Position numbers and translations under genes: made by a program. The notes under the pieces were generated by a model. It did not search any database. It worked only from the letters and a program-made list of their open reading frames with translations, and was not told where the DNA came from. Of a stretch of 64,000 nucleotides of DNA, positions 9,300-17,597 are shown piece after piece. The stretch spans positions 18,110 through 82,109 of the forward strand of contig CAJARJ010000020.1 of the NCBI GenBank assembly GCA_903944345.1. The letters are read 5' to 3'. The stretch's first letter is position 1. Every line of letters begins with the position of its first letter. The DNA is from Candidatus Omnitrophota bacterium. Its GTDB lineage: Bacteria > Omnitrophota > Gorgyraeia > Zapsychrales > Fredricksoniimonadaceae.

Positions 9300-11480
9300 A
9301 TGCCTGCATTAAAAGCCCTTTACCATTATTTGAGTAGCCCGCCCATCAAAACCTGGCCCTGGCTGGGAGTCCTGTTTCTAGCCTGGATTTTTATGTACCG
9401 CGGCTTTCTGGACGGCACCTTCTTTGCCTCGATGGAAACAACCCCCCAGTATTTCTACGCTCTCTATTTTACCGACTGCCTTTCCCAAGGCATCTTTCCT
9501 CTATGGGATCCTTACCACAACTGGGGAGTCGCCGACAATATCGACCCTCTCTGGGTGGGACTCTATAACCCGTTTTATCTCTTAATCCTGCTTTTACGTC
9601 TGGCCGGAGTCTCTGCCGAAACCTCCTATGCCTTCTTCATGCACTTCTATGTTCTTGCAAGCATCCTTGGTTTTTATCTTCTGTGCCGCCAGCTCATGAA
9701 AGACACCACCTCGGCTCTTCTGGCCGCAGCCGCATTGCTGTTCTCTTCTTTGAGCATCATTCCTTTTTTGACCATCTGGCCGCAACTGATCTTTACCCCC
9801 ATAGTCTGGTTTCTGTACTTTCTTGTTATCTTTTGCAAAGCGGCGAACAATAACGGACGTCGAATGGCTGCAATCGGAATAACCTTCTGCTCCATGATCA
9901 TTGTTTCAACCTATATCCCTCTTTTTGCCCTCACATTTTTTTGTTGTCTACTGCTTGGTTTTCTGCTCTGTGCACCGCGCCAGACTTTTTCTTTTCTTGG
10001 AACGATACTCTCTTTTGTCCGCCAGAACGCTCTTGTGTGCGTCTTTCTGCTGGGCAGTTTCCTGCTGGCCTGCGTGCCGATTGTCCGCTGGTATCTGTCT
10101 TCAAAAGATCCGGGTTTTCTTATGGATATTGCCCGGGGAGGCACCTCCGATGGGCCGTCGGGCATTTCCCTGATCGGGCTTAACCTCAACACCATCTGGG
10201 GGGAAGGCTCCTGGATGGAGCTTTTCAGCGATCAGGAAATAGGCGCCCAACTCTATACCCAGGTTTCATTTACAATCTTCTTTTTTCTTTCGCTGGCACT
10301 GCCCGTGGCTGTTCCGGCTTTATGGCGCGCACTGTTTGTCGCGGCCTTCCTTCTTCTGCTGTTTCTTTCGGCCAATGTTTTCCCGCTTCATCGCTGGGCT
10401 TATGAACACATCTTTTTCGTCCGCTTCTTTCGTAATTATTTCTACCTGGCTCCCTGTCTTTTGGGATCGTTGATCATCCTTGCACTGCTCCCGCTGAAAT
10501 CTTTTCTTTTAACTCAAGGCGCCCGGCGCCCGCTACGCCTTATGTGGGTCACCCTCCTCCTTGTTGTCTGGATCATTTTTCTTAAGCAATTTTCCAATGT
10601 CCACCCTATGACTTACTGGACAGCAGGCATCCTCCTGCCAACCTTGTCCCTTATCCTTCTTGACATCCTGCCATTCAACAGCCGGGCCGCCCGATTTCTA
10701 CTGTTGAGCGTGCTGATCGCCCAGCCGGCTGCCGTGTTCTTTCCCGATTTCTTTAACAATTTCTACTCACGCCAACCCCTGAAAGAATTTGTCGGACACA
10801 ACAACCAAATGAGCTACACCCGCCCCGACAGAGATAATGATCCTTACCGCCGCGCCGCCCATGTCACTGAAAAAATGGCCCGGGACGATTCCGGATTCTC
10901 CGAACAAGGTTACATGGGCAGTGCCTATGCCCACGCTCTGCTGACACATATCCCTTACCCCGTTCTTCAGTCTTATGTCAAAAACAAGTTTGTCCTTTAC
11001 GATCGCGTGGAATATTCCGATCCGGACAAACCCGACTGGCAAAAGCTTGCGCACTCACTAACAGGAGAATCCTCAATAGCAATCGCTGGCTCGGCACAAG
11101 GGGCAGGCGGCAACCGGCAACCTGGCGCTCGAGCAGAAATCCTCTCGCAAAATTCCCCCGGATTCGAGGTAACCGCATTCGATGTCAATAAGATCATCGT
11201 GCAAACAGACTTCTCCGCAGACAAATTCCTGGTCTATAACGACAACTACCACCCCGGCTGGCGGGCCTATATTGATGGAAAGAAATTCCCGCTTTACCGT
11301 GCAAACCTGGCGTTTAAAGGCATCTGGATTCCCGGCGGGAAACATACCCTGAAACTCGTTTACGGAGCCTGGTGGGAACCGGCGCTAAACTGGAGCCTGA
11401 TAGGATTATTTCTATTGTTTATGTTATTAACCGCAAGAAATACTGTTTTGATTGAAAGCAAAAATGAAGAAGCTTGCTAA
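9300..11480 (+). CDS. YfhO-like polytopic membrane protein (putative GT-C type glycosyltransferase)
   Basis: It has at least 12 hydrophobic segments. The extracytoplasmic C-terminus carries the YfhO-type motif YNDNYHPGWRAYIDGKKFPLYRANLAFKGIWIPGGKHTLKLVY and a final TM segment. Confidence 0.55.
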   Translation: MPALKALYHYLSSPPIKTWPWLGVLFLAWIFMYRGFLDGTFFASMETTPQYFYALYFTDCLSQGIFPLWDPYHNWGVADNIDPLWVGLYNPFYLLILLLRLAGVSAETSYAFFMHFYVLASILGFYLLCRQLMKDTTSALLAAAALLFSSLSIIPFLTIWPQLIFTPIVWFLYFLVIFCKAANNNGRRMAAIGITFCSMIIVSTYIPLFALTFFCCLLLGFLLCAPRQTFSFLGTILSFVRQNALVCVFLLGSFLLACVPIVRWYLSSKDPGFLMDIARGGTSDGPSGISLIGLNLNTIWGEGSWMELFSDQEIGAQLYTQVSFTIFFFLSLALPVAVPALWRALFVAAFLLLLFLSANVFPLHRWAYEHIFFVRFFRNYFYLAPCLLGSLIILALLPLKSFLLTQGARRPLRLMWVTLLLVVWIIFLKQFSNVHPMTYWTAGILLPTLSLILLDILPFNSRAARFLLLSVLIAQPAAVFFPDFFNNFYSRQPLKEFVGHNNQMSYTRPDRDNDPYRRAAHVTEKMARDDSGFSEQGYMGSAYAHALLTHIPYPVLQSYVKNKFVLYDRVEYSDPDKPDWQKLAHSLTGESSIAIAGSAQGAGGNRQPGARAEILSQNSPGFEVTAFDVNKIIVQTDFSADKFLVYNDNYHPGWRAYIDGKKFPLYRANLAFKGIWIPGGKHTLKLVYGAWWEPALNWSLIGLFLLFMLLTARNTVLIESKNEEAC

Positions 11481-12231
11481 ATACATTTCAGGCTCTGCAG
11501 GTTTTATGCTTCTGTGTGCAGGAATCATCATCTGGCTGACCGGCGACTTCAAAAAAGCCTATATCCGCAGAGCTGACGTGACTACCGCTTGGAGCGAAAA
11601 CTTCATTACCGGGCTGCAATCCGGCTCGGAGATATCCCCCAGAACGCTGAAGCTGGCAGCCTTGTACTATAAAAATCTCTCTGCGGCTCTGCCGTCACTC
11701 CCGGGGCCGTATGAAGCCATTGCTTATTGTTACGCGAAGCTGGGTATGAACCAGGCTGCGGAACGCTATCTGGAACAGGGCCGACAAGCCTGCCCGGATT
11801 GTTTCTGGTTTTCTTATAATTCAGCGGTTCTTGCTCTGCGCAACAAAAACAAGCGGGCCGCCGAGGAGCATCTGTCCAGGGCCTTAACAGTTTCCGGAGA
11901 ACGCCTGCTCAAAAGCGTGATCCGCGCCCCTCTGTCCCGATTACCACAAGAGCAACGACAACTCCTCTACCAGCAAGCCATCCTTTTTGCCCGACAGGTG
12001 CGCGGCGAAGCAATGACTGTCCTGATTGGTCTGCGGCTGGAGCGGAAAGATCCGACAGGCGCACGTACCCTTGCCGAACAGGCGATGGCCGACCCGATGG
12101 TTGATAACAAAACCTTCTTCTTGCGCGTCCTTATTGATCAATCCTCTGCCTCGGTGCAGGACAAACAGCCGGATATTGTGATCCATCCCTGGGCAAAAAC
12201 AATACCGGTCGGCAAAGAAAACCATTTCTAG
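11452..12231 (+). CDS. Membrane-anchored helical-repeat (TPR-like) protein
   Basis: An N-terminal TM segment (FMLLCAGIIIWLTG) is followed by Ala/Leu-rich helical hairpins (AIAYCYAKLGMNQAAERYLEQG). The function is not assignable. Confidence 0.35.
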   Translation: MKAKMKKLAKYISGSAGFMLLCAGIIIWLTGDFKKAYIRRADVTTAWSENFITGLQSGSEISPRTLKLAALYYKNLSAALPSLPGPYEAIAYCYAKLGMNQAAERYLEQGRQACPDCFWFSYNSAVLALRNKNKRAAEEHLSRALTVSGERLLKSVIRAPLSRLPQEQRQLLYQQAILFARQVRGEAMTVLIGLRLERKDPTGARTLAEQAMADPMVDNKTFFLRVLIDQSSASVQDKQPDIVIHPWAKTIPVGKENHF

Positions 12232-12242
12232 GTCTGATGCCT

Positions 12243-13136
12243 TCAACCCTTTTGTTTGCGTACCAGAACCCAAAGCACGTTCCGTGGCAATAGCCAATCC
12301 AGCGGCAGAGACACAGCAGCAATGGCTCCTTTGGGAGCAAACGGACGATACAGCCATTGCGGAGTTTTCCTGATCCTCAAGTGACGATACAGGCTCGGGA
12401 TAACCAGCGGGATCGTGTCAAAACCCGAGTCGACAACCGTCAGTCCAAGCTGGCGGCAGAAAGTTTCGACCGATTTCATATCGAAATGCCACAAATGCCT
12501 GGGAGGATCAAGAAAGAAGTTGCAGGCCCCAAAGAGTTTACTCGCCGAAGATGAAATGTCCGGCAGAACTATATAAAAGCTGTTGGCCCCGTGATCGATC
12601 ATTCTGTTTACAAAGACTTCCGGCTCCCTGATATGCTCCAGAACATGCCGTAACACAACCAGTCCGTCTTTCATCCCGGGAAAACCTTCCAGAGAGTAAT
12701 TATTGTAATCAATAGAATAATACGGGATATCCGCGGTTTCCAGTAAACAGGGCTTCTGCCCACAGGAGTCTGCGGCGGAAACCCTGGCTCCGGAGGCGCG
12801 AATAATCCTGGCGAAATCTCCTGTGCCACAGCCGATATCCAGAAACTCGCCGGGTGAAAAACTCCTCCGGATACGGGCCAATTCCCGGCGCAGAAGAAAA
12901 TTCTTCAGAAACAGGTGCAGATCCGAGGTGGCCTGACGCATCATTCCGCCCATTTCATTCTGATAATACTGCGCCAGATCTTCCGGAAACGGCGCGGTTT
13001 TCTTGACCCCGCAGGAATCGCATTCCAACAGGCTAAAAGGTGTTGCGGTCACCAGATCACACGTCTGCAGAAACACCCGGCTAAACCGGCCCTGACGGCA
13101 GATTGGACAAATGCTGTTATCTGTTGCATCGGCCAT
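12243..13136 (-). CDS. Class I SAM-dependent methyltransferase with an N-terminal zinc ribbon
   Basis: CPICRQ...CDSCG forms a CxxC pair. Motif I is LDIGCGTGDFA. Confidence 0.75.
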   Translation of the reverse strand: MADATDNSICPICRQGRFSRVFLQTCDLVTATPFSLLECDSCGVKKTAPFPEDLAQYYQNEMGGMMRQATSDLHLFLKNFLLRRELARIRRSFSPGEFLDIGCGTGDFARIIRASGARVSAADSCGQKPCLLETADIPYYSIDYNNYSLEGFPGMKDGLVVLRHVLEHIREPEVFVNRMIDHGANSFYIVLPDISSSASKLFGACNFFLDPPRHLWHFDMKSVETFCRQLGLTVVDSGFDTIPLVIPSLYRHLRIRKTPQWLYRPFAPKGAIAAVSLPLDWLLPRNVLWVLVRKQKG

Positions 13137-13163
13137 GACTCATACTCCTTGTGCATATCCCTG

Positions 13164-14039
13164 TTATTTATAAAACACCCAGAAAGAAAACCCGATCCAG
13201 CAAAGCACACTTGTTATCAAAGGAAAATCCGCAAGCAGAATTTCGTCAACATCTTCGGTCTTGCCGACAACGTGAACCAGATACAGATATCGAAACACTC
13301 CATAAACAACAAAAACCAGCGAATAAATCATCCAGTAACCATGCACCCTGGCGACTATGTCCGGAGATATTGTGTACAGCCCGTAAAAAACAATAGCCAG
13401 TGTCGCCGAAATCATGATCAGTTGATCGAGAAAATATATCGTGTAGTGCCGTAAAGCGCCCCGGTGCTCCTCTGCTCTGTCTCCCAGCGTTCTCATCTCC
13501 GATCTTCTTTTGGTGAAACCAAGAAAAAGTGACAGCAGAAAGACACAAAGCTGCAGCCACCCCGAGGGGAGAACCCCAACGACTACCGCGCCTGCCCATA
13601 TCCGTATACAAAAACCAAGCGCGATACAGCCCACATCCAGCAATACCAGTTTCTTCCAAAAGAAAGTGTACATAAAATGCAGTAACAGATACAACCCTGC
13701 CAGACAGAAAAACAGGCCACCAAGAAACAGCGAAAGCAGCAATCCGCCGCACACAAGAACAACCCCTAGCAAAACAGCAATGCGTCGGCTGATCCTGCCG
13801 CTGGCAATAGGCCGTTGACATTTCTTCGGATGGGCCCGGTCCCTGTGCATGTCTTCCAGATCATTGACAACATACACCCCGCTGGAGACAAGGCAGAACG
13901 CAACCAAAGCCAGCAAAGCGGACGAAAAAGATGACAGGCTTACAAAGCGGCCGGAAAAAAGAAGCGGCGCCAGAACAAAAAGGTTCTTGATCCACTGTTT
14001 GGTGCGCATTAGCCTGAAAACATCCATCAAAAAACTCAT
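13164..14039 (-). CDS. UbiA-family prenyltransferase, decaprenyl-phosphate phosphoribosyltransferase-like
   Basis: KQWIKNLFVLAPLLFSG and the Asp-rich motif NDLEDMHRDRAHPKKCQRPIASGRIS (NDxxDxxxD followed by RPIASG) resemble the DPPR synthase subgroup. The start is trimmed to the ATG at 14039, which forms an ATGA overlap with the upstream stop and has an AAGGGGGA RBS. Confidence 0.7.
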   Translation of the reverse strand: MSFLMDVFRLMRTKQWIKNLFVLAPLLFSGRFVSLSSFSSALLALVAFCLVSSGVYVVNDLEDMHRDRAHPKKCQRPIASGRISRRIAVLLGVVLVCGGLLLSLFLGGLFFCLAGLYLLLHFMYTFFWKKLVLLDVGCIALGFCIRIWAGAVVVGVLPSGWLQLCVFLLSLFLGFTKRRSEMRTLGDRAEEHRGALRHYTIYFLDQLIMISATLAIVFYGLYTISPDIVARVHGYWMIYSLVFVVYGVFRYLYLVHVVGKTEDVDEILLADFPLITSVLCWIGFSFWVFYK

Positions 14040-15208
14040 TCGTCCCCCTTTTTTGCTCCGGCAGGAACATTTTGAACATAGGACAATATCTCTTTCACTG
14101 CCTGTAGTAAGCGCACGGTAAGTTCCGGCGATCTCAGGCAGGGATACGTCCCATGACATTGCGGAACAGCATAACCAAAGAAAGTACAAGGTGAGCAAAG
14201 AAGACCGGAATCCACAAAAAATGTCCTGGTGTTTTCCGGAGCCCATTTATTCCTGTTCCCTGGACCAAAGACAGCCACAGAAGGAACCGACAATGCCGCA
14301 GCGATATGTAGCAGCCCCGAATCCTGACCGATAAAACAACGAGCCCCGGCGACCAGGGCCACACTTTGGGCCAGGCTGGTCTTGCCGACAAAACTGACCA
14401 CGCCAGGACTCTTCATCTCATCTAATAGCTTCCCCGCGAATACCTTCATGTCCCCGCCTCCGAGCAAGACGACATTCAGTCCACTGTCAATAATCAGTCG
14501 CCCCATCAATACGAGCTGTTCCGAGGAAAAACGCCTAGCCGCGGAACTTCCTCCCAATGCCAGCGCCGCGTACGGCCGGGACAAAGATGCTTTTGCCCAG
14601 GCAATGTCGGGGGCAGAGACAGCATATGATCCTTCCAGATGCAATCTCCCCCGTAACCCCAAAAGGGAAAAAAGCCGGCTAAAATTATGCAGCTCATAAG
14701 CTTCGTGAGAATATTCAACGGCTGTATAAAAAAGACCCGCCCGTTCAGGACGAGTGCCAAAGCCGATCGTCCTGCGGGAGCGAATCAGGCGACTTAAAAC
14801 AGCACTCAGACAGTGCCATTGCTCGGTATCAACAACCCAGTCATATGAATTCCGGCCAACCGCCGTTAACTCACCTAAAACATCGTAACAAAAAATCTGA
14901 CCGCAAAGTCCGGGCTGCGAACGAAATACAGCCACGTTCCTCTTTTCGCACAAAATGTCAAGTGTGTGTCCCCCACGCTTTAACTCGCGCAGGACTGGCA
15001 ACAGCAAAACCGCATCCCCAATACCGCCAGGCCGAATAATCAGAACTTTCATCGGGCCCGAGGGAAGAACGGAAGAATCCGTCCGACTCCTCCCTAAACA
15101 ACGACAAACAATGGATCCCAGGGTGTGATCAAGCAGCTTGATCCCTTTAAGCGGCCAGCTCCCCTGCGAACGAAAAATATCCCACAGAGTAATCGGCCTC
15201 ATAAACAA
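14036..15208 (-). CDS. Glycosyltransferase family 9 (heptosyltransferase-like)
   Basis: The supporting motifs are KVLIIRPGGIGDAVLLLPVLRELK and GQDSGLLHIAAALSVPSVAVFGPG. Confidence 0.7.
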   Translation of the reverse strand: MFMRPITLWDIFRSQGSWPLKGIKLLDHTLGSIVCRCLGRSRTDSSVLPSGPMKVLIIRPGGIGDAVLLLPVLRELKRGGHTLDILCEKRNVAVFRSQPGLCGQIFCYDVLGELTAVGRNSYDWVVDTEQWHCLSAVLSRLIRSRRTIGFGTRPERAGLFYTAVEYSHEAYELHNFSRLFSLLGLRGRLHLEGSYAVSAPDIAWAKASLSRPYAALALGGSSAARRFSSEQLVLMGRLIIDSGLNVVLLGGGDMKVFAGKLLDEMKSPGVVSFVGKTSLAQSVALVAGARCFIGQDSGLLHIAAALSVPSVAVFGPGNRNKWAPENTRTFFVDSGLLCSPCTFFGYAVPQCHGTYPCLRSPELTVRLLQAVKEILSYVQNVPAGAKKGDE

Positions 15209-15217
15209 GAAACCATC

Positions 15218-16693
15218 TTAATCTCCCAGAAGAACACGGGGCAGTTTATGCGTGAGCAGTCCGCGAACATGGTCAAGGGTTGGCTGGCCAAACTTGCGCA
15301 GAATCATATCCTGATAACGGGAAGAACCAAAATACTGCATAAAAGCATTGTCCCGAAAACGCAGAATCTCGGCGGAAGAAAGATATTTGCTGGGCAGCGG
15401 AACCGTATGCCGGTTAAATTGAGAATAACCCTCCCAGCAGGAGGGCAAAGGCAAAGCGTCGCGCACTGCCGTATCATACAAAGCCGCCCCTGGATAAGCC
15501 ATGGTCACATAAAAATTGGCATATTCGCAGTTAAGTTCAACAGCCAGATCCAGAGTCTCCTGCATGGTCGACATATCATCGTCCGGCAGACCAAACATGT
15601 AATTACCAATCACATGAATGCCCGCCTCGTTGGTTTGACGAATGACCTGAAGAATCTTTTCCCGGTCGAATCTTCCCTTGGCAACCCCTTTACGTACTTC
15701 CGTGTTGGCCCCCTCAATGCCATAGGCAATCCAGCGCACGCCCGCGCGAAAAAGTTTACGGAGAATATTTTCATTAACGGTATCAATACGCGCATACACC
15801 CAGATATTAATATCGTATTTGCGCTCGGCCAGACCCAGGCAAACCTCGTCCATCCGGCGGGGATTGACCACAAAAAGCTCGTCAACAAACTTGAAATTTC
15901 TGACCCCGTATTTCCTAACCAGAAGATCAATCTCCTCGAGAACCTTGCCGGCAGAACGAAAACGAATTCCCCCCCCGCCGTAAAGTGCATGAATATTGCA
16001 GTAACTGCAGTTGTAGGGACATCCCAGGCTTGTGTAAACCATGGCATAGGAAGCCCGATCCTCAAGATGCCCGAAACAATGCCAGTTATGCGCGCGGTAA
16101 CGATCCATCGGCAAAAGATCCCAGGCCGCCAGAGGCAGAACATCCAGATCCTGAAGCTGCCGGGCCCAGCCCCGGTCAACAACCTTATCATTCTGCTTAT
16201 ACCAGAGCCCCTGAATGTTACCCGTATCCCCGCCATTCCTGAAGGCCATGACGAGGTCGGTAATACACAAAAATGTTTCACCCCGGCAAAGAAAATCTAC
16301 CGGCTCTTCCCGTAGGGTGCGTTCGGGAACACCGGAAGGATGAATCCCGAAAATAACCGAACGGACATTAGTGGACTGTTGGCGCAGTTCTTCAAGGACA
16401 GCGCGCACCGCCGGCATTTTGGGTGTCGAGGAAACACTTGGGTTGCCGCCTATGGCCCCCACGGCACACAAAAGCGGTTGAAGTTCCACCGCCCGGCGCA
16501 CAGCTTCCCGCGGCCCGAGTTGTTGGGCATCCGCATCAATAATCGCAACCGTAAGCCCGCGCTCGCGCAAATAGGCAGCCAGCAAAGCCAGCCATAAAGG
16601 TGTCTCAACGGCGGCATACTCATTGGCCAAAGCCCCGTAGATCGGCTCCTTGCCGCCGGGATTGACAAGAACAACATCCAGCGGAGATCCCAT
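15218..16693 (-). CDS. B12-binding-domain radical SAM enzyme
   Basis: VVLVNPGG...PLWLALLAAYLRERGLTVAIIDA is the B12-binding-type N-terminus. The radical SAM motif is LGCPYNCSYCN. Confidence 0.8.
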   Translation of the reverse strand: MGSPLDVVLVNPGGKEPIYGALANEYAAVETPLWLALLAAYLRERGLTVAIIDADAQQLGPREAVRRAVELQPLLCAVGAIGGNPSVSSTPKMPAVRAVLEELRQQSTNVRSVIFGIHPSGVPERTLREEPVDFLCRGETFLCITDLVMAFRNGGDTGNIQGLWYKQNDKVVDRGWARQLQDLDVLPLAAWDLLPMDRYRAHNWHCFGHLEDRASYAMVYTSLGCPYNCSYCNIHALYGGGGIRFRSAGKVLEEIDLLVRKYGVRNFKFVDELFVVNPRRMDEVCLGLAERKYDINIWVYARIDTVNENILRKLFRAGVRWIAYGIEGANTEVRKGVAKGRFDREKILQVIRQTNEAGIHVIGNYMFGLPDDDMSTMQETLDLAVELNCEYANFYVTMAYPGAALYDTAVRDALPLPSCWEGYSQFNRHTVPLPSKYLSSAEILRFRDNAFMQYFGSSRYQDMILRKFGQPTLDHVRGLLTHKLPRVLLGD

Positions 16694-17559
16694 TATAAAG
16701 CCTCCAGAATAGTGCGCACAGGCTCCGCCCGGTTAAGCGTATAGAAATGCAGACCCGGAGCCCCGCCAGCCAGAAGCTCGCGGCACTGCTCGACAGCGAA
16801 ATGAATGCCGGCGGCCAGCGTCTTGTCCTTATCACTGGCAATCGGTGCAAAAATATCATGCACTTTCTGCGGAAGTGATGCGCCGCAACCTTTACAAAAG
16901 TTAACCGCGCTTTCGTAATTGGTCACAGGAAGAATGCCGGGAATAATCCGCGCGGTAACGCCCGATATGCGCAGCCTGCGGACATAATCAAAATAAAGAG
17001 CATTATCAAAAAAAAGCTGGGTCATCACAAAATCTCCGCCGGATGCAATCTTGCGGCACAGAATTTCGGCATCGAACTCCGGTGAGGCGGCCAGCGGATG
17101 CCCCTCGGGAAACCCGGCCACACCAATCGCAAAATGATCGCCATAATGTTTTCGGATAAAGGCCACCAGTTCACTGCTGTAGCGAAAATTCTCCGGCCCA
17201 GGCTTCCAGTCCGGATTATCTTTGGGCGGATCCCCGCGCAACGCCAGCAAATTCCTGACATCCCCGGCCTTAAGCTCATCGAGAATCTGGCGAACCTGGG
17301 CACGGGTATGCAAAACACAGGTAAAATGATGCAGTGCCGGAAGATTATATTCTTTCTGAATCGAGAATACCAAAGAAGAGGTTGTTTCCCGGCTGGAACC
17401 ACCAGCTCCATAAGTCACCGAAACAAAATCGAACGGCAGACGAGTCAGTTCACCCAACGCCAGACCAAGCGCTTGCGCACCCTGAGCTGTTTTAGGAGGG
17501 AATATTTCGAAAGAGAAAGTGCGCGTTTTCGCGGCAAAAATATCGGTCAGTTTTTTCAT
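16693..17559 (-). CDS. metF: 5,10-methylenetetrahydrofolate reductase
   Basis: FSFEIFPPKT, VTYGAGGSSRE, LALRGDPP and FPEGHP are canonical MetF motifs. Confidence 0.9.
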   Translation of the reverse strand: MKKLTDIFAAKTRTFSFEIFPPKTAQGAQALGLALGELTRLPFDFVSVTYGAGGSSRETTSSLVFSIQKEYNLPALHHFTCVLHTRAQVRQILDELKAGDVRNLLALRGDPPKDNPDWKPGPENFRYSSELVAFIRKHYGDHFAIGVAGFPEGHPLAASPEFDAEILCRKIASGGDFVMTQLFFDNALYFDYVRRLRISGVTARIIPGILPVTNYESAVNFCKGCGASLPQKVHDIFAPIASDKDKTLAAGIHFAVEQCRELLAGGAPGLHFYTLNRAEPVRTILEAL

Positions 17560-17597
17560 CGAATGGGGATTATATCACGAAAAACATTCTTGCTGCG

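Noticed and set aside
15125-16315. A long 396-aa plus-strand ORF antisense to the B12-radical SAM gene. Similar antisense ORFs occur at 4280-5011, 29915-30652, 43062-43622, 45776-46456, 50207-51421, 52300-53100 and 61314-61991.
   Set aside because: All lie opposite genes with strong family motifs. Their translations are low-complexity (rich in R, P, Q, N and I) with no motifs or RBS. They are typical shadow ORFs.
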